Origin: Gemmatimonadota bacterium
Lineage (GTDB): Bacteria; Gemmatimonadota; Gemmatimonadetes; Gemmatimonadales; Gemmatimonadaceae
Assembly (NCBI GenBank): GCA_040389905.1
Contig: JAZJZK010000005.1
Coordinates: forward strand, 250,529-314,528
Direction of reading: 5' to 3'
DNA length: 64,000 nt
The notes below the pieces were generated by a model that worked only from the letters and a program-made list of their open reading frames with translations, ran no database searches and was not told where the DNA came from. This document shows, piece after piece, positions 49,082 through 58,429 of this stretch; within the stretch, counting starts at the first letter, position 1; each line of letters opens with the position of its first letter. The position numbers were made by a program, and so were the translations under genes.

Positions 49082-50016
49082 TTCGCTGGAAGTAGCCCTG
49101 AGAGCCAGTGCAACACGTTGAGGACGAACTGCGCGTTCTGTGGTGCAGTCGGCTCGTTGAAGCCCATTGTGCCAGCACCTTGGGGGCCGGAGCGTTGGGC
49201 GGAAAACATCGCCGCTTCGCCCGCGGCGACGACTCGCCCCTTGCCAACGAGCAAGGCGGCGCCCTGCAGCATGCCGGCCGCACTGACGCTCGCGGTTGAG
49301 TCGGAGAACTGCCATGCCACATGTGGCATCAGCACCCTCGAGCGCTCCGGGATGCGCAGGAGTGGTGCACCTCCGCCCGGCAACCAGAATGCCGATCCGG
49401 TGAATACGACGATGGAGTCAATGCGCTCACCGCGACCCTTCCGTCCGTCGAAGATCGGATGCGGCGCGAGTCCCTTGGCCCGCGACAGGCGAAAAATGCT
49501 GTTCTGCTTCTCGTCGTACGCGAACCCGTTGATCCACGTCACGCCAAAGGCACTACCCAGGGCCTCCGTCGACCCGCCAAATGGCATGTGGTCGGCGATG
49601 ACGAGGAGCGACCCGCCGCGCTCCACGAAGCGACGCACGGCAGCGATTTCTTCTCTCGTGAATGCCGATGGCGTGGGGAGATTCCACTTCCCGCTGTCGT
49701 TCCGCGGTGCCAACGCGTTGGCGATAACGAGGATGTCCACCGCCGAAAGCGACGCGTCGCTGAATGGCGTGGTGCCGCCCGAGACACGATAGCCGTCGCG
49801 GCGAGCCAACTGAGCGAACGGCATGTACCGGCCGCCGACTTTATGAAAGTTGGCGTGTGCGCCATCGATCAGGACGCGGGGCCCCGTTCCGATTCGGTAG
49901 ACAGGCGGCGCGACGCGCGGCACGAACATCGTATCGGGCACTTGCTGCGCATCGAGTCCGGCGGCGCTGGACGCTGCGATGCAGACGATGGCGATGATGA
50001 GAGGCTTGAACGTCAC
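49078..50016 (-). CDS. Exported GATase-like (DUF4350-type) protein
   Basis: VLIDGAHANFH, DILVIANAL, FVERGGSLLVIADHMPFGG, GKGRVV..GEAAMF, NVLHWL. Confidence 0.7.
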   Translation of the reverse strand: MTFKPLIIAIVCIAASSAAGLDAQQVPDTMFVPRVAPPVYRIGTGPRVLIDGAHANFHKVGGRYMPFAQLARRDGYRVSGGTTPFSDASLSAVDILVIANALAPRNDSGKWNLPTPSAFTREEIAAVRRFVERGGSLLVIADHMPFGGSTEALGSAFGVTWINGFAYDEKQNSIFRLSRAKGLAPHPIFDGRKGRGERIDSIVVFTGSAFWLPGGGAPLLRIPERSRVLMPHVAWQFSDSTASVSAAGMLQGAALLVGKGRVVAAGEAAMFSAQRSGPQGAGTMGFNEPTAPQNAQFVLNVLHWLSGLLPAK

Positions 50017-50250
50017 GGGCGCTCCACGGGTGGGCCTTCGGCGATGCAGCAATCTGAGCGGTGGGGCTCGTTCGTCGAAAGTGAGATGTTACGGGCTCAT
50101 CAATTGGCATCGTTGTTGGAGTACCACAGATCGCTGCGTCGTCACAACAGTGCCCACCGTTACCTTGCCGTTATCTGGACACGTGAGGAAATAACGGACG
50201 ATAAGTACATGTCCGCCAAGCACTTAAGTGCTGAGCAAACGCGCGGTATC

Positions 50251-50265
50251 TGGCATGCGATCTGC
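50251..50265 (+). promoter_or_regulatory. Sigma54 (-24/-12) promoter candidate
   Basis: TGGCATGCGATCTGC has GG-N10-GC spacing, about 75 nt upstream of the PEP-CTERM gene. Confidence 0.65.
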
Positions 50266-50339
50266 CTGCCGACTGGTCAGCCAGCCGACGCCGGACGTGG
50301 CCATTGACCACACACCTCGCAGCTCTGGTGCGCAGCAAC

Positions 50340-51068
50340 ATGTCTACTCTTCGACGAATTTTCGCGGTCGCGATTGCCCTGACCTTCGGCGCAACGCCGG
50401 CGCACGCCCAGCTTCTTCACCGGTTCGACTTCAGCAACGGACTTACCGACCTCGGCAATACGGCATCGTCGGGATCCCTCTATGCGGGCGCAACTGTATC
50501 GGGAGGCGTGCTGAACCTCAATGGCTTGACGTCGTACGTCGAGTTCACCTCGTTGCTGATTCCGCAATCGGGGCCGTATTCGGTGATGTTCCTCGCGGAG
50601 TCGGCGCCTGGAAACAATACCGGACTCTCGGAGATCATCTCGCAGGGCCAAAGTGGGTCAGCGCTCTACATGGGTACCTATAATGGCGGCCTGCGGCTTG
50701 GAGACCAGTGGCCAGGTCCAACCGGGACTTTCCTCAGCGACAACGCCTTTCACCACTACGCGTTGACCAACGACGGCACCCTGGATCGCTTCTACATCGA
50801 CGGCGACCTTATTGCTTCGCATGCGGCAACATGGACGTCCTCAGGATGGTTCACGCGCCTGGGTCGCCAGTATTACCCGCACGACGAATACTACAATGGC
50901 CAGGTTGACGAGGTCCGGATTTACGGATCAGCCCTGTCTGAGACCGAGATCGAGGCGGCAATCTCCGGAGAGGACCTGAACGCGACCCCCGAGCCCTCGT
51001 CAGTCGTACTGTTGGCCACCGGTTTTGCGGGACTCTGCGTGGCCGTACGTCGTCGTACGCAGCAGTAG
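50340..51068 (+). CDS. LamG-like jelly-roll protein with a PEP-CTERM sorting signal
   Basis: Signal peptide; FHHYALT..YIDG, NGQVDEVRIYGSALS; C-terminal TPEPSS-TM-RRR. Confidence 0.9.
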   Translation: MSTLRRIFAVAIALTFGATPAHAQLLHRFDFSNGLTDLGNTASSGSLYAGATVSGGVLNLNGLTSYVEFTSLLIPQSGPYSVMFLAESAPGNNTGLSEIISQGQSGSALYMGTYNGGLRLGDQWPGPTGTFLSDNAFHHYALTNDGTLDRFYIDGDLIASHAATWTSSGWFTRLGRQYYPHDEYYNGQVDEVRIYGSALSETEIEAAISGEDLNATPEPSSVVLLATGFAGLCVAVRRRTQQ

Positions 51069-51077
51069 AGTAAAGCA

Positions 51078-51195
51078 GCCCGCTCGCCGTCCAGCGAGCG
51101 AAGCGAGCGGGCCGTCCAGTGGCGCGTAGCGCCCACGAGCTGTGAAGCCGGCGCGACAGCGCCGCGGGCCGTCGAGGGAGCGCGAGCGACCGGGC
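51078..51195. repeat. GC-rich multi-hairpin intergenic element
   Basis: GCCCGCTCGC...GCGAGCGGGC hairpin containing the GCGAGCGAAGCGAG motif shared with family A. Confidence 0.45.
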
Positions 51196-51307
51196 CGTTT
51201 GTAACGGCAACGATTTCGCCAGTCTTGCCGTAGCCCATTCGAATTCGCACGTTGCGTCGGCGCTCAGTTCCCTCGCGCCGAGCCGATCTCTGAGGAGAGT
51301 CCAATCC

Positions 51308-52759
51308 ATGTCTGTCCTGCTTCGCCGCGTCCCTGCGGTGCTGGCGGCGGTCACACTTTGTGTGCCGCCACTCGCCGCACAGCGGAACGCTCCATCCACG
51401 TACGCCATCACGAATGCCAAGCTGGTGCCCGTCAGCGCACCGACCATTCTCAAGGGTACAATCGTCGTCCGTGACGGTCTGATTGTCGCACTCGGCGCCA
51501 ATGTCACCGTACCGGGCGACGCCCGTGTCATCGACGGGACGGGCCTCTCGGTCTACCCCGGCTTGTTCGATTCCTTCGGTTCCATCGGCATGCCCGCGAC
51601 GGGCGGTGGTGGCGGAGGCGGTCGTGGTGGCGGCGGGGCTGCTGCTGCGCTCGCCGCGTTGGGCGGCGGCGGCGGCGGAGGCGCGCCAGAGCCCGGGAAG
51701 GGCACCGGCACGTCGATCGACGATCCTCGTGGCGTCGAGCCGGAGCGCCGAGCGGCTGAGCTCGTCAAGCTCGATGACGAGGCGCTCGACGGCCCGCGGA
51801 GCGCGGGCATCACGACGGCGCTCACGGCGCCAACGGGCGGTGTCTGGCAGGGCCAGTCCGCGCTGATCAACCTCGCTGGATCGACGGCCGCAGCCATGAT
51901 CGTGCGGCCGAACATCGCGCAGCATATCGCATTCGGCGGTGGCGGTCGTGGAGGCGGTGGTGGGGGTGGCTATCCGGGCTCGCTCATGGGCATCTTCGCG
52001 GTCATCCGTCAGGAGCTCCTCGACGCACAGCGCTACCGCGACCTCAAGATCGCGTACGACAAGAATCCCAAGTCCATGCAGCGCGTCGAGTTCGATCCCG
52101 GCCTCGAGTCGCTTCTGCCAGTCCTCGCCAAGCAGCAGCCTGTCGTCATGACCGCCAACTCCGCCCGCGAAATCGAGCGCGCGCTCGACCTCGGCAAGGA
52201 GTTCGGCATCAAGGTCATCATCGCCGGCGGCGCCGAGGCGTACCTGATGGCGGACCGCCTCAAGGCGGAGAACGTTCCTGTTCTCCTGTCGCTGAACTTC
52301 CCGCGTCGCACCGCGGCGCCGGCGGCTGATGCCGAACCGGAGCCGATGCGTACGCTGCGTGAGCGCGTCGAAGCGCCGAAGGGGCCAGGGAAGCTCGCCG
52401 CCGCGGGCGTCAAGTTCGCGCTGATGTCGGGCGGTATCAGCACGTGGACGGACTTCACCGTCAACGTCGCGCGCGCCATCGAGGCAGGGCTCGCGCCCGA
52501 TCTGGCGATCAAGGCGCTGACGTCATCTCCCGCCGAACTGTTCGGCGTGGCTGACCGCATGGGTTCCCTCGATGTCGGCAAGATTGCGAACCTGACGATC
52601 ACGCGTGGCGACATCAATGAAAAGACCTCGCGCGTGTCGCAGCTGTTCGTCGACGGTCGTCCGATCACGCTGCATCCCGCGACGCCCGCGGGCGGAGCAG
52701 GCGGCGGCCGAGGTGGGCCTCCGGGTGGTTCGACGCTCAACCGGGAGTCACCAGAATGA
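51308..52759 (+). CDS. Amidohydrolase-family protein (no HxH motif)
   Basis: AITNA, VIDGTG.SVYPGLFD, AGITT, GSLDVGKIANL; signal peptide. Confidence 0.85.
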   Translation: MSVLLRRVPAVLAAVTLCVPPLAAQRNAPSTYAITNAKLVPVSAPTILKGTIVVRDGLIVALGANVTVPGDARVIDGTGLSVYPGLFDSFGSIGMPATGGGGGGGRGGGGAAAALAALGGGGGGGAPEPGKGTGTSIDDPRGVEPERRAAELVKLDDEALDGPRSAGITTALTAPTGGVWQGQSALINLAGSTAAAMIVRPNIAQHIAFGGGGRGGGGGGGYPGSLMGIFAVIRQELLDAQRYRDLKIAYDKNPKSMQRVEFDPGLESLLPVLAKQQPVVMTANSAREIERALDLGKEFGIKVIIAGGAEAYLMADRLKAENVPVLLSLNFPRRTAAPAADAEPEPMRTLRERVEAPKGPGKLAAAGVKFALMSGGISTWTDFTVNVARAIEAGLAPDLAIKALTSSPAELFGVADRMGSLDVGKIANLTITRGDINEKTSRVSQLFVDGRPITLHPATPAGGAGGGRGGPPGGSTLNRESPE

Positions 52760-54228
52760 CGCCCCGCAACTCACACAACAAACAGCTCGAGGTTTCCTCG
52801 ATCATGCGACGCATGACTCTCGCGGCGTCGGTCGCGGTGCTGACCGTCGCGCCGGCGCTTCACGCGCAGGCGGCCGCCAAGCCCGCAACCATTTCGCCGA
52901 TTCTCATCAAGAACGCCACCGTCATGACGGTGACGCGTGGCACGCTGCAGAACACCGATCTGCTGATGGCCGGTGGCAAGATCACGCAGATCGCCAAGAA
53001 CATCGCTGCACCAGCGGGTGCAACCGTCATCGACGGCACCGGCAAGTTCGTCATGCCGGGCATCATCGATCCGCACTCGCACATGGCCAGCGACGCGACG
53101 AATGAAGGGTCGCTCTCCGTCACGAGCATGGCGCGCATTCGCGACGTCGTGAACCCCACGGACATCGCGATCTATCGCGCACTCGCCGGTGGTGTCACGC
53201 TGATCAACGTGCTGCACGGATCGGCGAACACGATCGGCGGCCAGAACGCCGTGCTCAAGCTCAAGTGGGGCCGCAACGTCGGCGACATGGTCATGCCCGA
53301 CGCCATGCCCGGCATCAAGTTCGCCCTCGGCGAAAACGTCACGCGCAAGAACAGCAACAACATCCAGATTCCCGGTATCGCCACACCGCCGCGCCGCTAT
53401 CCAACGACGCGCATGGGCCAGGAGGAAATCATTCGCGACGCCTTCACGCGCGCGAAGGACTACAAGGCCGAGTGGGACGAATACCGCGCGAAGTCGGCGA
53501 AGGACAAGACGCTGATCGCACCGCGCCGGAATCTCGAGCTCGAGCCACTCGTTGAAGTGCTCGAGGGCAAGCGCCTCGTGCACGCGCACTCGTATCGCGC
53601 GGATGAGATGCTGATGCTGCTCAACGTAGCGGCCGAGATGGGTTTCCACATCCAGACGCTGCAGCATGGTCTCGAGGGCTACAAGATCGCCGACGAGATC
53701 GCGAAGGCAGGCACAGGCCTGTCGAGCTTTGCTGACGAGTGGTCCTACAAGATCGAAGCGTACGACGCGATTCCGTATAACGTCGCGATCCTGATGCGCC
53801 ACGGCGTGCTTGCGACGATCAACTCCGACGACGACGGACGCGCGCGTCGCCTGAACATCGATGCCGCGAAGATGATGCGGTACGGTGGTCTCACCGAAGA
53901 CGAAGCGTTGAGCATCATCACGATCAACGGCGCCAAGCAGCTCGGTGTGGAGAAGCATACTGGCTCTCTCGAAGTGGGCAAGGATGCGGACGTCGCCGTG
54001 TTCAACGCCAACCCGCTCAGCGTCTATGCGAGCGTCGAGCAGACGATCGTGGACGGCGAAATCTTCTTCGACAAGAAAAAGGATCTCGCGATGCGCGACG
54101 AGCAGGTGAAGGAGCGCGCCGATCTCGAGAAGAACGAAGCCAACCAGGCGCCCGCTCGCGGCGGGCGCGGCGGCGGTCCCGGAGGCTTCGGCGCTCCGCC
54201 TGCCACCACTCCGCCGGAGAACCGCTAA
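52756..54228 (+). CDS. Amidohydrolase-family protein (metal motif intact)
   Basis: PGIIDPHSH, KFALGEN, HAHSY, QHGLEG, NSDD, GSLEVGKDAD. Confidence 0.9.
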   Translation: MTPRNSHNKQLEVSSIMRRMTLAASVAVLTVAPALHAQAAAKPATISPILIKNATVMTVTRGTLQNTDLLMAGGKITQIAKNIAAPAGATVIDGTGKFVMPGIIDPHSHMASDATNEGSLSVTSMARIRDVVNPTDIAIYRALAGGVTLINVLHGSANTIGGQNAVLKLKWGRNVGDMVMPDAMPGIKFALGENVTRKNSNNIQIPGIATPPRRYPTTRMGQEEIIRDAFTRAKDYKAEWDEYRAKSAKDKTLIAPRRNLELEPLVEVLEGKRLVHAHSYRADEMLMLLNVAAEMGFHIQTLQHGLEGYKIADEIAKAGTGLSSFADEWSYKIEAYDAIPYNVAILMRHGVLATINSDDDGRARRLNIDAAKMMRYGGLTEDEALSIITINGAKQLGVEKHTGSLEVGKDADVAVFNANPLSVYASVEQTIVDGEIFFDKKKDLAMRDEQVKERADLEKNEANQAPARGGRGGGPGGFGAPPATTPPENR

Positions 54229-55586
54229 TGCAGACGACACAACTTCGTGCGGGAGTACTTACCGCGCTGCTGACCGTGGCGGTGAGCGCCAGCTCATCCG
54301 CCCAGATGGGATCGTACAACCCGGCGCCCGGACCTCAGGGCACCTTCGTGATCAAGAACGCCCACATCTTTCCGGTGAGCGGACCTGAGATCGCGAACGG
54401 CAGCGTGGTGATCTCGAACGGCAAGATTCAAGCGATCGGTGCCAATGTCGCCACGCCCCCCGGCGCGACGGTCATCGACGCCAGTGGACTCAACGTCTAC
54501 CCCGGCATGATGGACGCCGGTACCTCGATCGGGCTCTCCGAGATTCCGCAGGGCGCCGCGTCGACGGTGGACATTGCCGAGACGGGCAGCTTCAACCCGA
54601 ACGCGCAGGCGATCTATGGTATCAACCCGCATAGCGCGCATGTCGGCGTGGCGCGTGTGGTGGGTATCACGAGCGTCATTTCCAGCCCAACCGGCGGCAT
54701 CATTTCAGGTCAGGCGGCGCTGATCAATCTCGCTGGCTTCACCGTACCCGCCATGACGGTGGTGCCGCGCGCGGCCATGGTCATCAATCTGCCCAGCGCC
54801 GGCGGACGCGGTGGCCGAGGTGGTGGCGGTGGCCGCTTCGGTGGCGCAGGCGCAGGTGGCGATGGCGCGCAGCTGCGCACGCGTCAGCTCGATTCCCTGA
54901 AGACGATGCTTCGTGATGCCGACGCCTACGGCAAGGCGCAGGACGCATATGCAAAGGACAAGTCGATTCCGCGACCGAAGCATGATCCGGTGCTGGAGTC
55001 GCTGGTTCCAGCGGTGCGTGGACAGCAGGACGTGATGTTCACGGCCGATCGCGCCACCGACATCAAGGCGGCCGTCGCATTTGCCGAGGAAATGAAGCTC
55101 AAGCCGGTCATCGTGGGCGGTCTCGAAGCGCCGTCGATCGCGGCGTACCTCAAGCAGCACGACGTTCCGATCCTGTACACCCACGTCCTCGACTTGCCGC
55201 GCGGCGAAGACGAGGCGTATGACGCGAACTACGGTGCGCCCGGCAAGCTGGCGGCGGCGGGTGTTCGTTTCGCGATCACGTCCGGCGACTGCTGCTCGGA
55301 AGTGCGCAACCTTCCATCGGTGGCTGGTATGGCGTCGGCATTCGGTCTGGCAAAGGCCGATGCATTGCGCGCGGTGACACTTGGACCAGCACAGATTTTC
55401 GGTGTCTCAGACAAGCTTGGGTCGCTCGACATTGGCAAGATCGCGAACATCGTCGTCACCGATGGCGACATGCTCGAGGCCAAGACGAACACCAAGTATT
55501 TGTTCATCGATGGGCGCTTGGTGCCACTCGATACGAAGCACACGCAGCTGTACGACATCTTCAAGGGGAAAACGTTGACGCCCTGA
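54228..55586 (+). CDS. Amidohydrolase-family protein (no HxH motif)
   Basis: IDASGLNVYPGMMDAGTSIGL, GSLDIGKIAN, FIDGR. Confidence 0.85.
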   Translation: MQTTQLRAGVLTALLTVAVSASSSAQMGSYNPAPGPQGTFVIKNAHIFPVSGPEIANGSVVISNGKIQAIGANVATPPGATVIDASGLNVYPGMMDAGTSIGLSEIPQGAASTVDIAETGSFNPNAQAIYGINPHSAHVGVARVVGITSVISSPTGGIISGQAALINLAGFTVPAMTVVPRAAMVINLPSAGGRGGRGGGGGRFGGAGAGGDGAQLRTRQLDSLKTMLRDADAYGKAQDAYAKDKSIPRPKHDPVLESLVPAVRGQQDVMFTADRATDIKAAVAFAEEMKLKPVIVGGLEAPSIAAYLKQHDVPILYTHVLDLPRGEDEAYDANYGAPGKLAAAGVRFAITSGDCCSEVRNLPSVAGMASAFGLAKADALRAVTLGPAQIFGVSDKLGSLDIGKIANIVVTDGDMLEAKTNTKYLFIDGRLVPLDTKHTQLYDIFKGKTLTP

Positions 55587-55712
55587 TGTCGGCCTCGGTC
55601 TGACTGATGAAGCGGTCGAGGGGTCTGCACTTTGATGCGGACCCCTCGATTCGCGTTGACGATTTGAACGTCTCGGCGCGTTGGCGACTGGCGTGCTCGC
55701 GCTCAATTCACA

Positions 55713-55928
55713 ACGACCCAGTTTTCAATGAAGCAGATTCTACGGATTTAACGGATTTGACGGATTTGTCCCGTGAAGACTGCGAGTATTGGTGCACCAC
55801 ACTTACCCCGAAACTTCAAAGGAAAAAATCGACCTGCGTATGAGCTCATTGGCCGCGATACGAGTCCGTCCAGCGAATCCGTAGAATCCGTTCAATCCGT
55901 CAAATCTGCTTCATGAAAACTGGGTCGG
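55713..55928. repeat. Family C palindromic element
   Basis: CGACCCAGTTTTCA.TGAAGCAGATT..ACGGATT ... AATCCGT..AATCTGCTTCATGAAAACTGGGTCG; a degenerate family A element lies just upstream (about 55615-55650). Confidence 0.85.
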
Positions 55929-56046
55929 TGTGGCTATTCTTGGTGCCCGGCCTATCTCCAACGCGCAACTATTCTGGACTCAGGCTTGCGGACGCGAACC
56001 GAATGCAGGAACGTCATTGCTTCCCACCATCTCCGTCAATCAATCG

Positions 56047-57195
56047 ATGACCAAATCCCTCCGACTTCTAGCGCTCGTCGCTCTCGCGACACCAGCCTTA
56101 TCCGTATCCGCCCAGGAAGCATCGTTCATCTACCGGCTCGGCAAGGATACGATGAACGTCGAGCAGTTCACTCGCACCGCGAATCGCATCGTCGGTGAAG
56201 TGGTGACCCGCAACGGCGCAGTCGTCACGCGCACGCAGTATGACGCAACACTCGGCGTTGACGGCCGCGCCACCGCCGCCACGTACAAGATCCTCGGCGC
56301 AGACGGCAAGCCGATCAAAGGTCGTCCCGTCGAGATCAAGTACGTCGTCAACGGCGACTCGGCAGTGCGCACCATCAACTGGGGCGACAGCACGGCGACG
56401 CGCACGCTCGGCGCCAAGGGCGCGTTCGCGTTCGCAGCACCATCGTACGGCATGTTGGAGCCAGCGTTCGTTGCGCTCCGGAAGGGCGCCGCAACGAGCC
56501 CCATCCCGTTCATGAACGCCGGCGCTGGGCCAACGTTGCAGACGTCGGCCTTCGTTGTCGCGGGCGGCGACTCGATTCGCCTGCCAAGCGGTTTGGTCTT
56601 CATCGTCGACAAGAACGGTATCCTCCAGACCGTCGACGGCTCGGGCACAACTGGGAAGCTCGTTGCCACGCGGGGAAAGGGCGGGCTGAATCTCGCCGCG
56701 ATTGCCGCAACGATGAAGCCGACAGGCGGAGTGCTCTCGGGTCGCGGAACCTCGCGCGGGCATTTCGTCACCAACGCGCCGGGCGGGGTCATCATGGTCG
56801 ACTACGGCCGCCCGCTCGTCCGCGATCGCACCGTGTGGGGCGGGCTCCTCATTCCCCTCGATACCATCTGGCGGCTCGGCGCGAACGAAGCCACCCACTT
56901 CGCAACCTCCCGCGAGATCACCTTCGGTGACGTCGTCGTTCCGCCGGGCCTGTATACCCTCTTTCTCTACAATGCCAAGAGCGGTCCGATGCTCGCGATC
57001 AACAAGCAGGTCGGCCAATGGGGAACGGTGTACGACCAAGCCAAGGATCTCGCACGCGTTCCGCTCACGATGGGCGCCGCGGCCGAGTACACCGAAGAGT
57101 TCACGATCAACATCAAGCAGGGCGCGCCGAGTCGCGGCTCGATCGAAATCGTGTGGGGCGCACAGAGCGCGACGGCGAATTTCGTCGTGAAGTAA
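56047..57195 (+). CDS. DUF2911 domain exported protein
   Basis: Signal peptide; YGRPLVRDR.VWGG.., WRLGANEAT, PGLYTL, QWGTVYD. Confidence 0.85.
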   Translation: MTKSLRLLALVALATPALSVSAQEASFIYRLGKDTMNVEQFTRTANRIVGEVVTRNGAVVTRTQYDATLGVDGRATAATYKILGADGKPIKGRPVEIKYVVNGDSAVRTINWGDSTATRTLGAKGAFAFAAPSYGMLEPAFVALRKGAATSPIPFMNAGAGPTLQTSAFVVAGGDSIRLPSGLVFIVDKNGILQTVDGSGTTGKLVATRGKGGLNLAAIAATMKPTGGVLSGRGTSRGHFVTNAPGGVIMVDYGRPLVRDRTVWGGLLIPLDTIWRLGANEATHFATSREITFGDVVVPPGLYTLFLYNAKSGPMLAINKQVGQWGTVYDQAKDLARVPLTMGAAAEYTEEFTINIKQGAPSRGSIEIVWGAQSATANFVVK

Positions 57196-57205
57196 TGAGG
57201 CAGAG

Positions 57206-58360
57206 CTGACGCAGCGTTGGCAGCACCAGATCGACCGAGCGCGGTGGGAGCTTCAACGACTCCTGCCACGCTCGGTTCGCACCGCGCCACGCGGCGTCGA
57301 ACAGTCGACACGACAATGGTCGTCACCAGATCTATTCACCGCGCTCGATCCACCGCACACCATTGTCCGTGCGCTGCCATCGACGCTCGGTGACGAGATT
57401 GACTGGGAGTTCCGCGAGCGTCTTCGATTTGAGTCCCCCGAGACATTCGTCGTTCGCATTCCGCACGGACGCGCGCTGGATCACGCCGCGCTGACCCATC
57501 ACGGCGCCCTCCTCGCCGACCTCTCGATCGAACCAGGCGTATTGCCCGGCAACGCGCATCAGCATTCTGCCCTCACTCGCAGAACGCTCCCACGATTGGA
57601 TCGCATTGCCGGCGAGGTCGTCATGCTGTCGGCGTTCGGTGGGGATCACAACTATTTCCATTGGATGCTCGATGTCCTGCCGCGTATCGAGCTGTTGTCT
57701 CGCGCCGGAATCGACGTGCGTGGTTCCCGTGTGTTGGTGAACGCGGGCTCGTCGGCCTTTCATCGAGAGACACTCGCTCACTTTGGCATCTCGAACGTCG
57801 TCGACGCCACGCGGCACCACTTCGTGGAGGCGGACACACTCGTCGTGCCGTCACTGCCGGGCGTCATGGGTGATATCACCGAGGCGAGCTGGCGCTTTAT
57901 TCGCCACTCCTTTCTCTCCGATGCGACGCCCGCACAGGCCTACACCGGAAAGCGCCTTTTCATATCGCGTCGCGATTCCGTCAATCGTAGGCTGTTGAAC
58001 GAGGACGAGCTGTTCGCGCTTGCGAGCAGGCGCGGATTCGAGCGCGTCGAGCTTCACGGAATGTCCCTACGGCAACAGGCGGCGCTGTTCCACTCCGCCA
58101 CGGCGATCATCGCACCGCATGGCGCCGGGCTGACCAATCTCGCCTTTTGCTCACCGGGAACGACGGTGATGGAGCTGTTCTCGCCCAAGTACGTGAACGG
58201 ATGCTACTGGGCGCTCTCCAACCTCGCATCGCTGGACTATTGGTACCTGCTCGGCGACGGCGAACGTCCGGCAGCTGACGACGCACACGCCGCCGCGGGT
58301 GAGCATTTTCGTGTGGACCCTGAACGGTTTGTGAATTTGCTCGATCGCGCTGGACGTTGA
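57206..58360 (+). CDS. Glycosyltransferase family 61 (DUF563); likely CTG start or 5' frameshift
   Basis: NYFHWMLDVLPR, LFISRR, RRLLNEDE, APHGAGLTN, ELFSP; frame open from 57191. Confidence 0.8.
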   Translation: MTQRWQHQIDRARWELQRLLPRSVRTAPRGVEQSTRQWSSPDLFTALDPPHTIVRALPSTLGDEIDWEFRERLRFESPETFVVRIPHGRALDHAALTHHGALLADLSIEPGVLPGNAHQHSALTRRTLPRLDRIAGEVVMLSAFGGDHNYFHWMLDVLPRIELLSRAGIDVRGSRVLVNAGSSAFHRETLAHFGISNVVDATRHHFVEADTLVVPSLPGVMGDITEASWRFIRHSFLSDATPAQAYTGKRLFISRRDSVNRRLLNEDELFALASRRGFERVELHGMSLRQQAALFHSATAIIAPHGAGLTNLAFCSPGTTVMELFSPKYVNGCYWALSNLASLDYWYLLGDGERPAADDAHAAAGEHFRVDPERFVNLLDRAGR

Positions 58361-58429
58361 ACCGGTGCGCGCCAAATGATTACCATGTAGCTGCGCCCCT
58401 TCCGGCGTTGTACACGCACCCAGTGGACG

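Noticed and set aside
51078..51260. Riboswitch or ncRNA upstream of the amidohydrolase operon
   Set aside because: Hairpin-rich, but no aptamer consensus recognised and it shares motifs with the repeat families; an Rfam search would be needed
52771..54240. Long antisense ORFs (also 28042-29592, 46514-48280, 5675-7330)
   Set aside because: Typical high-GC shadows of well-supported genes, with no recognisable motifs
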